In this document: one piece after another, positions 1 to 9,446 of the stretch
Position numbering within the stretch: position 1 is the first letter of the stretch
Layout of the letters: each line of letters opens with the position of its first letter
Assembly (NCBI GenBank): GCA_947459205.1
Contig: CANHCR010000001.1
Location: 143,421 to 207,420 of the forward strand
Reading direction: 5' to 3'
DNA: 64,000 bases
Origin: Bacillales bacterium
GTDB taxonomy: Bacteria; Bacillota; Bacilli; Paenibacillales; CANHCR01
Position numbers and translations under genes: made by a program
The notes under the pieces: model-generated
What the model was told of the DNA's origin: nothing
Databases searched by the model: none
The model's input: the letters and a program-made list of their open reading frames with translations, nothing else

Positions 1-3000
1 TTGCGCATCCCGCGTGCGGATTTAGGCAATCCAACGACGTTACCATTCGTTTCGTATATAATCAATGAAAAACCGAATTCAGAATGGACATGGGCTGTCA
101 CTCCTTCACAAGCAGTCACTGCCGACGGCTACGACCGTGACTTTTCGCGATTTTATGAATTTGACTTGAATGCTTCTGTGGCTGCCGCTTCGCAAGTTTT
201 TAACTACAATTTCCAGCGCACGAGCAACACTTCGACGACTGCTAGTCTCTCGTTCGCAGCGCAAACCGGTGCGACTACGGTGAAAATTCAGCAATCAACG
301 AACGGCGGCACTACTTGGAGCGATTCAACAACCAGCGCGTCTCTTAATGCAACTTCAACGTCGGCAACCGTTACGGGTTTGACTGCGAATACGAGTTACA
401 AGTTCCGCTTGGTAGTGACCGGCGGTAACAATGAGGGCAACTCGGCGATTGTCAACGAGGTCATGTTTGTCGACGTTACTGCGCCGACTGTTCCTGCTAA
501 TTTGACGATTACCGAAAAAACATCGACAACGATCGCCTTCTCATGGACTGCATCGACAGATAATGTGGCGGTCAGCGGATATGACGTCTATCGCGGTGCA
601 ACGTTGCTTGGCACAACGACAGCGACACAATACACGGCTAGTGGCTTGACAGCGGATACAAGTTATTCGTTTACTGTGCGTGCCAAAGATGCGGCAGGTA
701 ATGTGTCGGCGGCGAGCAGTACGCTAACCGTTTCGACCAATCCGATCATCACCTCACATGTGCATACGATTACACTCGATGGCAACAATGACTTTTTCAA
801 TAGCAACAATCCGGATAAAAAGAAAAATGAAACGTTTACTACATCGACAACGGATATGTTCTCGTATATAACGTGGGACGCAACGAACATTTATTTTGGC
901 TATTCTTCTAGCGATATTACCGGCAACACCTCGAACGCTTCGCAAAAATGGATTTGGGTGTATGTCGGCGGTAGCGGGGGAACAACGACCGGTGTCAACT
1001 ATTCCGGACAACAACCGAACCTACCGTTCGCAGCCAAATACCATTTCCGTTTTAAAGTGGACGGCGGCTATACGAATCGGCAAATGTGGAATGGTACCGC
1101 TTGGCAAGATATGGGCAACTACTCATGGGGTAGCGATCAGGCTCGAAATGACGCCAATCGATATGTCGAGTTTAAAATTCCGCGCAGTCATCTGGGAGCT
1201 GACACCGGCAAAACGTTGCAATGGGTAAGCAATTTGGTTTATGAAGATGTAAACGGCAATTTCGATGCGATGTGGGCTTCCGTGCCATCCAATGCGTTCA
1301 GCAACGGCGACGGTTTTGACCGAGATTTCTCTAGGTTTTATGAGTTTGACTTGAGTTCACCGAGTGCGCCGGCAGCGCAAGTGTACAATCATCAATTGGC
1401 AGTGACGGCAAGCAATGCAAATTCCGTTACGCTGTCATTTGTCGCACCTTCAGGCGCGTCTGACGTGAAAATTCAACAATCGACCGATAGCGGTACGACG
1501 TGGACCACCTCGACGACAGCTGCGGCGTTGGTCGCTTCTTCGACAAGCGCGACGGTTACCGGTTTGACGCCGAACACGCCTTACAAATTCCGACTGCAAG
1601 TCGTTGGTGGCACAAATGACGGATCGTCAGCGATTGTGAACGCGACACTTGCACCGGACACTGTAGCACCTTCTGTGCCAAGCGGTTTGGCTGTTTCGAA
1701 CCTTACGGCTTATAGCCTCACTTTAACTTGGAACGCATCCACGGACAGTAATACCGGCGTCAAAGAATATCATGTGTATCGTGGCGCAACTTTACTAGGC
1801 AAGACAAGTGCCACTTCGTACGCGGTAAGTGGTTTGACGGAATATACTGTATATTTATTTAGCGTGCGTGCAGAGGATGCGGCAGGTAATCTTTCTGCGG
1901 CAAGCAGCGCATTAGATGTTACGACATTGGATATCAGTGTGCCGACATTGCCGACGATGTTTGAATATTCAGCGGTGACAGTAAGTGGTTTTTCGATTAC
2001 ATGGAGCGGCGCTACGGACGGCGGTTCTGGCATCAAAGAATATGAAATTTACCGCAACGGTACGTTGGTTACAACGGTTGCTAATACGGTTAGTTCTTAT
2101 ACTTTCTCAGGATTGAATGAGTTCACTTCACACAATGTAAACATAAAAGTACGCGACAACGCAGGAAACGTATCGGAACTTAGCAATACGATTACTGTGC
2201 GTACGCTGGACGTGACGGCGCCTTCAGTCCCTACAGGATTGACGACTTCCGACATGACAACCACTAGTTTCACGCTCAGTTGGATCGCGTCGACAGACAG
2301 CGCTTCGGGAGTAGTGGCATACCGCGTATTTGACGGAACCACACTGGTAGATACCGTTACCAGTGGAACCTCACTAGCAATCAATTCACTTGCGCCATAT
2401 AGTGAACACTCGATGACGGTGAGAGCGGTCGATGATTCAGGAAACGTGTCCGCTGCAAGCACGGCAATTGTGGTACGCACCTTGAGTAATTGGAATGATG
2501 TTTCATTAAGTGCAAATGAAATCGTTGAGAACAGCGAGTTGAATGCTACGATTGGTTCTTTCTCCGCGATGGGCGCGGAAATCGGACAGTTAATTACGTA
2601 TTCGTTGGTTAGCGGCACGGGAAGTGATCACAATAGTTCGTTCAACATCTTATACAATCAATTGCGGAATAGTGTAAGATTTAATTTTGAAGCGCAAACG
2701 ACGTATTCTATACGAGTAAAGGCACTTGATACGAACGGTGCGACGATGGAGAAAGTGTTTACGATTACGGTGACGAATGAAAATGAGGTACCGACGGACA
2801 TCGCTTTGAGTGCAACGAGCATCGCTGAAAATGCAGGTGCCAATGCGACCGTGGGCACGTTGAGTGCAACGGATCCGGATGCAGGCACGACGTTTACGTT
2901 TACTTTGGTGACTGGTTCGGGGTCAACCGATAATGGAAGTTTCAACATTAGCGGTTCATCGTTGCGTGCGAATGCAAGTTTTGACTTCGAAACAAAATCA

Positions 3001-6000
3001 ATTTACAACGTGCGCGTGCAAGTGAGTGACGGCGCGTTATCCTATGCCGAGGCTTTTACTGTTACCGTGACGGATGTTGCGGAGAACGGTGCACCGACGG
3101 ACATTGCGTTGAGCGCGACGAGCATCGCTGAAAATGCGGAAGCGAACGCGTCGGTGGGTACGCTCAGTGCGACCGATCCGGATGCGGGAGCGACGTTCAC
3201 GTTTTCATTAGTTAGCGGTACGGGGTCAACCGACAACGGAAGTTTCAACATTAGTGGCGCGTCGCTACGTGCGAATGCGAGTTTCGACTTTGAAACGAAA
3301 GCGAGCTACAGTGTGCGCGTGCAAGTGAGCGACGGAACATTCAATTATGTAGAGGTGTTCATGATTACGGTGACGAATGTGAATGAGGCGCCGACGGACA
3401 TTGCGTTGAGCGCGACGAGCATCGCTGAAAATTCGGGTGCGAATGCAACGGTCGGCACATTGAGCGCGACGGATCCGGATGCAGGCACGACGCTTACGTT
3501 TACTTTGGTGACTGGTTCGGGGTCAACCAACAATGGCAGTTTCAACATTAGCGGTACATCGTTGCGTGCGAATGCAAGTTTTGATTTTGAAACGAAAGCA
3601 AGTTACAGCGTGCGCGTGCAAGTCAGTGACGGAGCATTATCCTATGCCGAGGCATTTTCAATTACCGTGACAGATGTTGCGGAGAACGGTGCGCCGACGG
3701 ACATCGCGTTGAGTGCGACGAGCATCGCTGAAAATGCGGGTGTGAACGCGACGGTTGGTATGCTCAGTGCGACAGATCCGGATGCTGGAGCGACGTTTAC
3801 GTTTACGTTAGTGAGCGGCACGGGATCGACTGATAACAGCAGTTTCAACATCAGCGGCACATCGCTGCGTGCGACTGCGAGTTTGGACTTTGAAACGAAA
3901 TCGAGTTACAGCGTACGCTTACAAGTGAGCGATGGCGCGTTGACTTATGCAGAAGTGTTTACGATTACGGTGACGAATGTGAATGAGGCACCTACATTCA
4001 GCGCAATGCAAACATTAATCGGTGCGACTGGCGGGCAACCATTTATCATCAGTTATGCCTCCTTGTTAACGAACGCTATGATTCAAGACGTCGATTCGAC
4101 GACGTTCACATTCCGCGTCGCGAGTGTGCTTTTGGGCACTCTCACTAAAGGTGGCACAGCAGTTACGGCTGGAACGACAACATTGTCATCAGGAGAAAGT
4201 TTGGTTTGGACGCCGGCCGCCGGCACTAGCGGGAATATGAATGCATTTTCACTCATTGTATCGGACGGTTCGCTAGATTCCGCTGAAACGGTCAATGTAG
4301 TCGTTACTGTCGTGCAAAGTTCGGACACAGTTCCTCCGATCAAACCAGGTTCGATGGTTGCTACATCGAAAGATATTAAGGCTACAAACGTCAAATTGAC
4401 ATGGACTGCAGGTTCGGATAACGTCGCTGTCAAAGAATATTTCGTCTATCGAAATGATGTCTTTGTCGCCAAAGTGGCAGGGTTGACTTACACTGTCACC
4501 GGTCTGACGAAAGAAACAAGTTACACGTTCAAGGTGACGACGATCGACACGTCAAATCTCGAGTCCGTAAGCGGCGCAACAATCACTGTAAAAACCACAA
4601 GAGATACGACAGCGCCCACCCCGCCTACTTCATTCACAGTGACGAATGAAACGCGGACGGGCACAGTCGCAGGCTTCACCTTGAACTGGGCGCCATCGAC
4701 TGATGATGTGGCGGTAGCTGGTTACAAAGTCTACCTGAACAATGTTTTGATGACACCAGATGTGACGAGCGGTACGAGTTTCACGTTCAGCAATCTCGTC
4801 CATAAAACCAAATATTTGCTGACGGTTCGCGCGTTCGATCAAGTGAATAGCGACGGAAAATCGAATCTCTCACCTGCAAGTATGGTGTTTGAGTACACGA
4901 CTCTGCTTGACACTGTCGCACCACATGTAGCGCCAAGTGCTGCTTCTGTGACGAATATCGGGTCAGTGCGGGCGACGGTCAGTTGGACGGCAGGCGCAGA
5001 TGATATTGCAGTGGTCAAATATCGAGTGTATGCCAAAGTTGCACAAACAGCAGATGGCCTGGATGGCAGCGAGGCAGAGACACTCCTGACTGAAGTGAAC
5101 GGAATTTCGGCAACGATTGCCATCATGCCTGGGCGCGAGCAGGCGTTGCGTGTAGCGGCAGTCGATGCGGAAGGCAATGAATCGAGCCGCACCGCGCTCA
5201 TAGCCACTCAACTTGGTGATGCAACGACGTTTACTCCTTCGAACGATTTGCAAAAACCTGAAGCGCCGGTGGGTTTACGTGTGACATATGTTGAAGAGGT
5301 TGTGGATGGAGAGACGGCAGGTAAATACATCCTGCATTGGTCCAATTCCTTTGATAACGATCAAGTCGCAGCATATAAAGTGTACGCGGTTGGTGCAAAC
5401 GAAGCGGAAGATTCAGAAATCACAAGTGGTGACACGACGTGCACAACTTCTACTGGAACACAATGTCTCGTTTATAGTGAGAATGAATTGACGGACAAAA
5501 CTATTTATATTCAAGCAGTTGATCGCTCGGGTCTCGTCTCGGCTGCAAGCGCGAATCTTAAAGTGAGCAAACCGAGCGCAACGTTCCTTGCGAATGGTGT
5601 CAGCGCGGTGAACTTCAGCGGTTTGTTTACAAAAGGCAAAGCGGCTGTTAGTTATGTGACGACGGTGCAAACGACGATGTCGCTGAAAGTGTATGCATAT
5701 AACAATGGAATTCCAAGTGCGACGCCGCTCCAAACGGGCGGCACACTGCTCAACAACGTAGTGGTCAAAGCGGGTAGCAAAAATCTGAACATTCCTGCTT
5801 CCGGATATGTAGATGGCACATACCTTGTCGAGTTCACAATCGCGGCTAGCGGTGCAGAGCGCGTGTATCATGCAGTGCTAGTTGTCGCCAAAGCGGCACC
5901 TGTAATCACGCCGACAATCCCTAGCGTACCGTATGAAATTCGCGATGCATACAGCTTCAACGGTGCAACCAAAACAGAAGTTACTGAAGTCGAAATCGGT

Positions 6001-6885
6001 TATTCGCTCAATAAATCTGCGTTGGTCACTGTCGTCATTAACGATAGTAAAAGAAAGCGAGTACGGACCATTTTGACGTCAACACGCTTGCTCGGCGGCG
6101 AATCGTACAGTTTTGTCTGGGACGGTAACGATGCACATGGCGTCGAAGTCAATGACGGCGTCTATACGGTTGTCTTTAGCGGTGTTGATCCATTGGGCGT
6201 AAAAGCGGCGCTAAAAACAGTGACGGTTCGTGTCGAGCGCGCTGTGCCAAATTTCAGTCTGACGCCAGCTAGCATAAAGCCTTCAGCGACCGGTGCGACC
6301 ATTCATTACAGTTTGACTGAGGCGGCTACGATTACGAATAATTTTGAAATATTCAAAATCGACGAGAATGGTGACGAGATTGCGCAGCCTTCGTTGATTG
6401 TATCAGGGGCAGTCGGAGCGAAAAAATCGGGTGCCAACAAATTTACAGTCAAAGGCGCATTGACAGTAGGCACATATCGCATCAAAATGGCGGCGACCGA
6501 TGCTTTTGGCAAATCGTCGGGTGAAGTGAAATTGACGTTGACCGTGGACGGCACACTGCCTGTCGTAAGCGCGTTGAGTGCAGCGGACATTTCGGGCAAC
6601 TCGGGATCTAATATCGAGTACACATTAAGTGAAGATGCACGCGTGACCGTTACCCTGCGCTCGCTATCGGCAAGCGGAAAAATATTGCATACGATTGTTA
6701 ACAATCAGCAACAATCAGCGACCGACGATCCAATCAGTGTAGTGTGGAACGGTAAAAATAGCAGAGGACAAAATGTTCCGGTTTCAAATGGCTCAACCGT
6801 CCGTTATTTTATCGTCGTTCAAGCGACGGACACGGCTGGTAATGTGTCGACTGCGGTCAGCGACGAGATTAGCATTTCGGCTTGA
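1..6885 (+). CDS. Giant multidomain cell-surface protein (FN3 modules, 5 cadherin-like units, 4 FlgD-Ig-like C-terminal units). It probably continues upstream of the window.
   Basis: The ORF is unbroken from nt 1, and the TTG at nt 1 is probably internal. FN3-type modules recur (TAPTVP...L...T..S....W.ASTDN.GV..Y.VYRG...LG). A duplicated N-terminal module is marked by DRDFSRFYEFDL...VKIQQST..GTTW. Five ~100-aa units (PTDIALSATSIAEN...LSATDPDAG...FDFETK...V.VSDG) resemble cadherin-like repeats. C-terminal units (e.g. YSFVWDGNDAHGVEVNDGVYTVVF) resemble FlgD-Ig-like folds. No LPXTG motif or C-terminal TM segment is present. Confidence 0.85.
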   Translation: MRIPRADLGNPTTLPFVSYIINEKPNSEWTWAVTPSQAVTADGYDRDFSRFYEFDLNASVAAASQVFNYNFQRTSNTSTTASLSFAAQTGATTVKIQQSTNGGTTWSDSTTSASLNATSTSATVTGLTANTSYKFRLVVTGGNNEGNSAIVNEVMFVDVTAPTVPANLTITEKTSTTIAFSWTASTDNVAVSGYDVYRGATLLGTTTATQYTASGLTADTSYSFTVRAKDAAGNVSAASSTLTVSTNPIITSHVHTITLDGNNDFFNSNNPDKKKNETFTTSTTDMFSYITWDATNIYFGYSSSDITGNTSNASQKWIWVYVGGSGGTTTGVNYSGQQPNLPFAAKYHFRFKVDGGYTNRQMWNGTAWQDMGNYSWGSDQARNDANRYVEFKIPRSHLGADTGKTLQWVSNLVYEDVNGNFDAMWASVPSNAFSNGDGFDRDFSRFYEFDLSSPSAPAAQVYNHQLAVTASNANSVTLSFVAPSGASDVKIQQSTDSGTTWTTSTTAAALVASSTSATVTGLTPNTPYKFRLQVVGGTNDGSSAIVNATLAPDTVAPSVPSGLAVSNLTAYSLTLTWNASTDSNTGVKEYHVYRGATLLGKTSATSYAVSGLTEYTVYLFSVRAEDAAGNLSAASSALDVTTLDISVPTLPTMFEYSAVTVSGFSITWSGATDGGSGIKEYEIYRNGTLVTTVANTVSSYTFSGLNEFTSHNVNIKVRDNAGNVSELSNTITVRTLDVTAPSVPTGLTTSDMTTTSFTLSWIASTDSASGVVAYRVFDGTTLVDTVTSGTSLAINSLAPYSEHSMTVRAVDDSGNVSAASTAIVVRTLSNWNDVSLSANEIVENSELNATIGSFSAMGAEIGQLITYSLVSGTGSDHNSSFNILYNQLRNSVRFNFEAQTTYSIRVKALDTNGATMEKVFTITVTNENEVPTDIALSATSIAENAGANATVGTLSATDPDAGTTFTFTLVTGSGSTDNGSFNISGSSLRANASFDFETKSIYNVRVQVSDGALSYAEAFTVTVTDVAENGAPTDIALSATSIAENAEANASVGTLSATDPDAGATFTFSLVSGTGSTDNGSFNISGASLRANASFDFETKASYSVRVQVSDGTFNYVEVFMITVTNVNEAPTDIALSATSIAENSGANATVGTLSATDPDAGTTLTFTLVTGSGSTNNGSFNISGTSLRANASFDFETKASYSVRVQVSDGALSYAEAFSITVTDVAENGAPTDIALSATSIAENAGVNATVGMLSATDPDAGATFTFTLVSGTGSTDNSSFNISGTSLRATASLDFETKSSYSVRLQVSDGALTYAEVFTITVTNVNEAPTFSAMQTLIGATGGQPFIISYASLLTNAMIQDVDSTTFTFRVASVLLGTLTKGGTAVTAGTTTLSSGESLVWTPAAGTSGNMNAFSLIVSDGSLDSAETVNVVVTVVQSSDTVPPIKPGSMVATSKDIKATNVKLTWTAGSDNVAVKEYFVYRNDVFVAKVAGLTYTVTGLTKETSYTFKVTTIDTSNLESVSGATITVKTTRDTTAPTPPTSFTVTNETRTGTVAGFTLNWAPSTDDVAVAGYKVYLNNVLMTPDVTSGTSFTFSNLVHKTKYLLTVRAFDQVNSDGKSNLSPASMVFEYTTLLDTVAPHVAPSAASVTNIGSVRATVSWTAGADDIAVVKYRVYAKVAQTADGLDGSEAETLLTEVNGISATIAIMPGREQALRVAAVDAEGNESSRTALIATQLGDATTFTPSNDLQKPEAPVGLRVTYVEEVVDGETAGKYILHWSNSFDNDQVAAYKVYAVGANEAEDSEITSGDTTCTTSTGTQCLVYSENELTDKTIYIQAVDRSGLVSAASANLKVSKPSATFLANGVSAVNFSGLFTKGKAAVSYVTTVQTTMSLKVYAYNNGIPSATPLQTGGTLLNNVVVKAGSKNLNIPASGYVDGTYLVEFTIAASGAERVYHAVLVVAKAAPVITPTIPSVPYEIRDAYSFNGATKTEVTEVEIGYSLNKSALVTVVINDSKRKRVRTILTSTRLLGGESYSFVWDGNDAHGVEVNDGVYTVVFSGVDPLGVKAALKTVTVRVERAVPNFSLTPASIKPSATGATIHYSLTEAATITNNFEIFKIDENGDEIAQPSLIVSGAVGAKKSGANKFTVKGALTVGTYRIKMAATDAFGKSSGEVKLTLTVDGTLPVVSALSAADISGNSGSNIEYTLSEDARVTVTLRSLSASGKILHTIVNNQQQSATDDPISVVWNGKNSRGQNVPVSNGSTVRYFIVVQATDTAGNVSTAVSDEISISA
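2791..3990 (+). repeat. Tandem duplication of a 600-bp block (two cadherin-like units of 303 + 297 bp) inside the surface-protein gene
   Basis: Unit boundaries (CCGACGGACAT, encoding PTDI) fall at 2791, 3094, 3391 and 3694, with the array ending at 3990. Units 1/3 (...TVTDVAENGA) pair with each other, and units 2/4 (...TVTNVNEA) pair with each other. Each pair is near-identical at protein level. A more diverged fifth unit precedes the array (~2491-2790). Confidence 0.85.
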
Positions 6886-6900
6886 TCGAACATTTACATT

Positions 6901-6932
6901 GCGTGGGCGATTATCGCCTGCGCTTTTTTTTT
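6901..6932 (+). terminator. Rho-independent terminator of the surface-protein gene
   Basis: GCGTGGGCGA-tta-TCGCCTGCGC forms a 10-bp stem with two G.U pairs, followed by T9 (6924-6932). Confidence 0.8.
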
Positions 6933-6964
6933 CGCCTCATACATTGTCATTGAGGTGAAATCGA

Positions 6965-8086
6965 ATGCGCGAACGGGAATTGGTACGCTTTTTGATGGAG
7001 TGCGACAAAATGAAGCGGCTTGATGACGGTCCGGCATACCTGTTCCGCTTTCACAACGATCAATCGTTTTTTCGCTTTGCACATCTCGGACTTCAACATT
7101 GGTCAGGAGTCATTATCCCCTCGATTCATGCCTTTCGCTATCGCTTTGCCAATCCGCAAAGCTTGTTGCGACAGTTCGGCGAGTTGGTGAGTCTAGAACG
7201 AGATGATCGAATTCAACTGCAGTTTAGCATGTCTGTACCTGCTGCGAGGAATGTTTTGGAGCAGTCCGCTCAAACAAAGTGGCCTTGGGGCATCGATGCG
7301 GTGCGTGCTCGTGAAGCGTGGCGTTTTACAAAAGGGGCAGGGGTACGGATTGCGGTCATCGATACCGGAATCGATCCAGCGCATCCGGATTTGCGCATGT
7401 GTATGCAAGGTGGCATCAACTTGTACAGCGAAAACGTTAGCACAAACACCATTTTCGATGATAATGGACATGGCACGCACATCGCAGGTACGATTGCAGC
7501 GAGCGGTGAGAGCGGGCTCACGGGAGTGGCACCAAAGGCGGAAATTTATTCGGTAAAGGCGTTTGATCGCAACGGTACGGCCTATATTTCAGATATTATT
7601 CGCGCGATCGAATGGTGTGTCGAGCACAAGATGCATGTCATCAACATGAGTTTTGGTATGCAGGAGCGAAGTGGGGCGTTGATGGCGGCGGTGCGTAGCG
7701 CGGAACGGCGCGGGATGCTAATCGTTGCCTCGGCTGGCAACGGCGGCAATCGGTTCGTTTTGGATGAACCAGCTCGTTATGCAACGACCTTGTCAGTTGG
7801 CGCCTACAATCGGCAGGGGAACATCGCTTCATTCAGCAAACAATCAGCGGAGGTCGATGTCCTTGCTCCAGGTGAACATATTCTTTCATGCTGGTTGAAC
7901 GGAGGGTACAAACATTTGAATGGATCTTCAATGGCGGCTGCACATGTGAGCGGTATTCTTGCCTTGGCACTTGCTATTCGTCCGAAATTGCAGATGGAGG
8001 AAGTGAAGCGGATTGTGAAGGCTTCGTCTAGTAACAAGCGCGTGGATGCGATCGCCGTCATTCGTGCGTTATTTCATTCGGTTTAA
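6965..8086 (+). CDS. Subtilisin-family (S8) serine protease with an N-terminal propeptide-like region and no signal peptide
   Basis: The catalytic triad motifs are present: VIDTGID (Asp), HGTHIAGTIAA (His) and GSSMAAAHVSG (Ser). A GAGGTG RBS lies 7 nt upstream of ATG 6965. The first ~110 aa are not hydrophobic and resemble an I9-type prodomain (...IHAFRYRF...VSLERDDRIQL). Confidence 0.85.
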   Translation: MRERELVRFLMECDKMKRLDDGPAYLFRFHNDQSFFRFAHLGLQHWSGVIIPSIHAFRYRFANPQSLLRQFGELVSLERDDRIQLQFSMSVPAARNVLEQSAQTKWPWGIDAVRAREAWRFTKGAGVRIAVIDTGIDPAHPDLRMCMQGGINLYSENVSTNTIFDDNGHGTHIAGTIAASGESGLTGVAPKAEIYSVKAFDRNGTAYISDIIRAIEWCVEHKMHVINMSFGMQERSGALMAAVRSAERRGMLIVASAGNGGNRFVLDEPARYATTLSVGAYNRQGNIASFSKQSAEVDVLAPGEHILSCWLNGGYKHLNGSSMAAAHVSGILALALAIRPKLQMEEVKRIVKASSSNKRVDAIAVIRALFHSV

Positions 8087-8111
8087 AGCCGAATTTATAT
8101 GGATTCAGATG

Positions 8112-8144
8112 AAAAAAGGGCCAATCTCATCCGAAATTGGCCCA
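8112..8144 (-). terminator. Rho-independent terminator (minus strand) overlapping the stop codon of the 404-aa gene
   Basis: On the minus strand the hairpin is GGGCCAAT-(11 nt loop)-ATTGGCCC followed by TTTTTTC. Stem arms are at 8118-8125 and 8137-8144. Confidence 0.7.
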
Positions 8145-9341
8145 TGGTCCGATCAACTGCTTGATCTGCTCGATAATATGTTTTTTGTGTGCAATCGCTT
8201 GTTCGTCGCCAATGTCTTGGGTGAGCACCATGCTGTGCAAGACAGCCATCAGTTGCTCGTCGTTGAGCGGGGAAGGAGTGGTCACTAGACTGGCAGCAAC
8301 ATCTGTAACTTCGCTTACTATGGGTGCAATTTCTGATTCGGCGACCGCTGCAGTTTCAACTTCTGCTTCGACCTCAGTTTCGACCTCAGCCTCAGCCTGT
8401 GCTTCAGCTCGCGCTTCCTCTTCGACCATTTTATCAATTAATTTCGAAATCTCAGCTTCGCGAATACTTTGCTGACGCAATGCTTCCAACGGTTCGTCGA
8501 CTGCTTCAAGTGCAGCGGCAAACGTCTGCTCTTGTTCGGCAGCAGGCGGCTGAACCTCCATCGACGCTTGGCGGTATTGCTGACGAATGACATGAGCAGG
8601 GGCCGAATAAATCGTCGTTCGTCGCGGCAACACAGTGACTGGTGCGGGGCCTGTTGCTGAATCCGCAGTTGCTCCAGTAGGTGCTTCCGCTTGAGGTCCC
8701 GCCGATGAACTAGTGGATACACTGGTCGGTGAGTTTGTCGATGAATTTGTCGATGAGTTTGTCGATGTGTTTACTGATGGTTCGCTGTCCGCTGCTACAC
8801 CGTCCACGTTTGCCGATTCAAACGCCAAATGCGGTGGGTATTTCAAACACTGTTGCACATGCAAATACCATTTGTATTGTGCGCGGTCACTTGGTCCGAC
8901 AAATTGCAAACTGCCAGCAGCCTTACTTGCCATTTCATCACTATATCCGAACGTTTCCAAAGCGCCGATCACGTCTTCACGGCTACATACCATTGGTTCG
9001 CGATAGATGTGCAACAAGCGGCGATAATCGCGCGAGTACATCGTCCATTTTTTTTGATTCAGCAAAAAGTTACTGAACACTGACACGTGCGTAGAAAAAT
9101 CAAGGTTCGAGCGCTTCAAAGAAACGCCAGACAACTCTGAAAGCGTCAGGATGGCATGTACGCGCACCGTTTCCGTCTTCATGATAAGTAGTTGCTTTAG
9201 TCCTTTGAAACGACTATTGTAGTAATCGGCCGCTTCGAGTAAGTCGTCGAGATTCAGCCCGCTTTCCATAGCCTCCGCGGTTGGATTGGCTAATTTAAGC
9301 ACTATGTAGAAATAAGACGAGGATCTTGACATTCGGTTCAC
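8127..9341 (-). CDS. Hypothetical protein, 404 aa: a globular N-terminal ~200 aa, a long low-complexity Ser/Thr/Asn, Pro/Ala and Glu/Ala/Val linker, and a short conserved-looking C-terminal helix region
   Basis: This is a long ORF divergent from typA with its own terminator. I recognise no family. Internal 12-bp tandem repeats encode (STNS)n and (EAEVET)n. Confidence 0.65.
   Translation of the reverse strand: MNRMSRSSSYFYIVLKLANPTAEAMESGLNLDDLLEAADYYNSRFKGLKQLLIMKTETVRVHAILTLSELSGVSLKRSNLDFSTHVSVFSNFLLNQKKWTMYSRDYRRLLHIYREPMVCSREDVIGALETFGYSDEMASKAAGSLQFVGPSDRAQYKWYLHVQQCLKYPPHLAFESANVDGVAADSEPSVNTSTNSSTNSSTNSPTSVSTSSSAGPQAEAPTGATADSATGPAPVTVLPRRTTIYSAPAHVIRQQYRQASMEVQPPAAEQEQTFAAALEAVDEPLEALRQQSIREAEISKLIDKMVEEEARAEAQAEAEVETEVEAEVETAAVAESEIAPIVSEVTDVAASLVTTPSPLNDEQLMAVLHSMVLTQDIGDEQAIAHKKHIIEQIKQLIGPWANFG
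8731..8778 (-). repeat. 12-bp in-frame tandem repeat x4 (GAGTTTGTCGAT-like) inside the 404-aa gene
   Basis: Units lie at 8731, 8743, 8755 and 8767 (the last is diverged). They encode STNSSTNSSTNSPT on the minus strand. Confidence 0.85.
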
Positions 9342-9386
9342 CTCAGTTATGTTTTTCGCTTATTATTGTAGCATAAACTTGGCGGT

Positions 9387-9416
9387 TTGCCATCGTCCTT
9401 ATCATGAGCGTATAAT
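9387..9416 (+). promoter_or_regulatory. Candidate sigma-A promoter of typA
   Basis: TTGCCA (9387-9392), an 18-nt spacer, then TATAAT (9411-9416), about 30 nt upstream of the typA start. Confidence 0.45.
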
Positions 9417-9446
9417 ATTCTTTAGATGGATACAAGGAGTTGTCAC

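Noticed and set aside
2658-3860. Four similar minus-strand ORFs (MLKLPLSVDP...VNVNV...) spaced about 300 bp apart.
   Set aside because: They are mirror images of the cadherin-like tandem repeats in the plus-strand giant gene. The repetition is explained by that gene.
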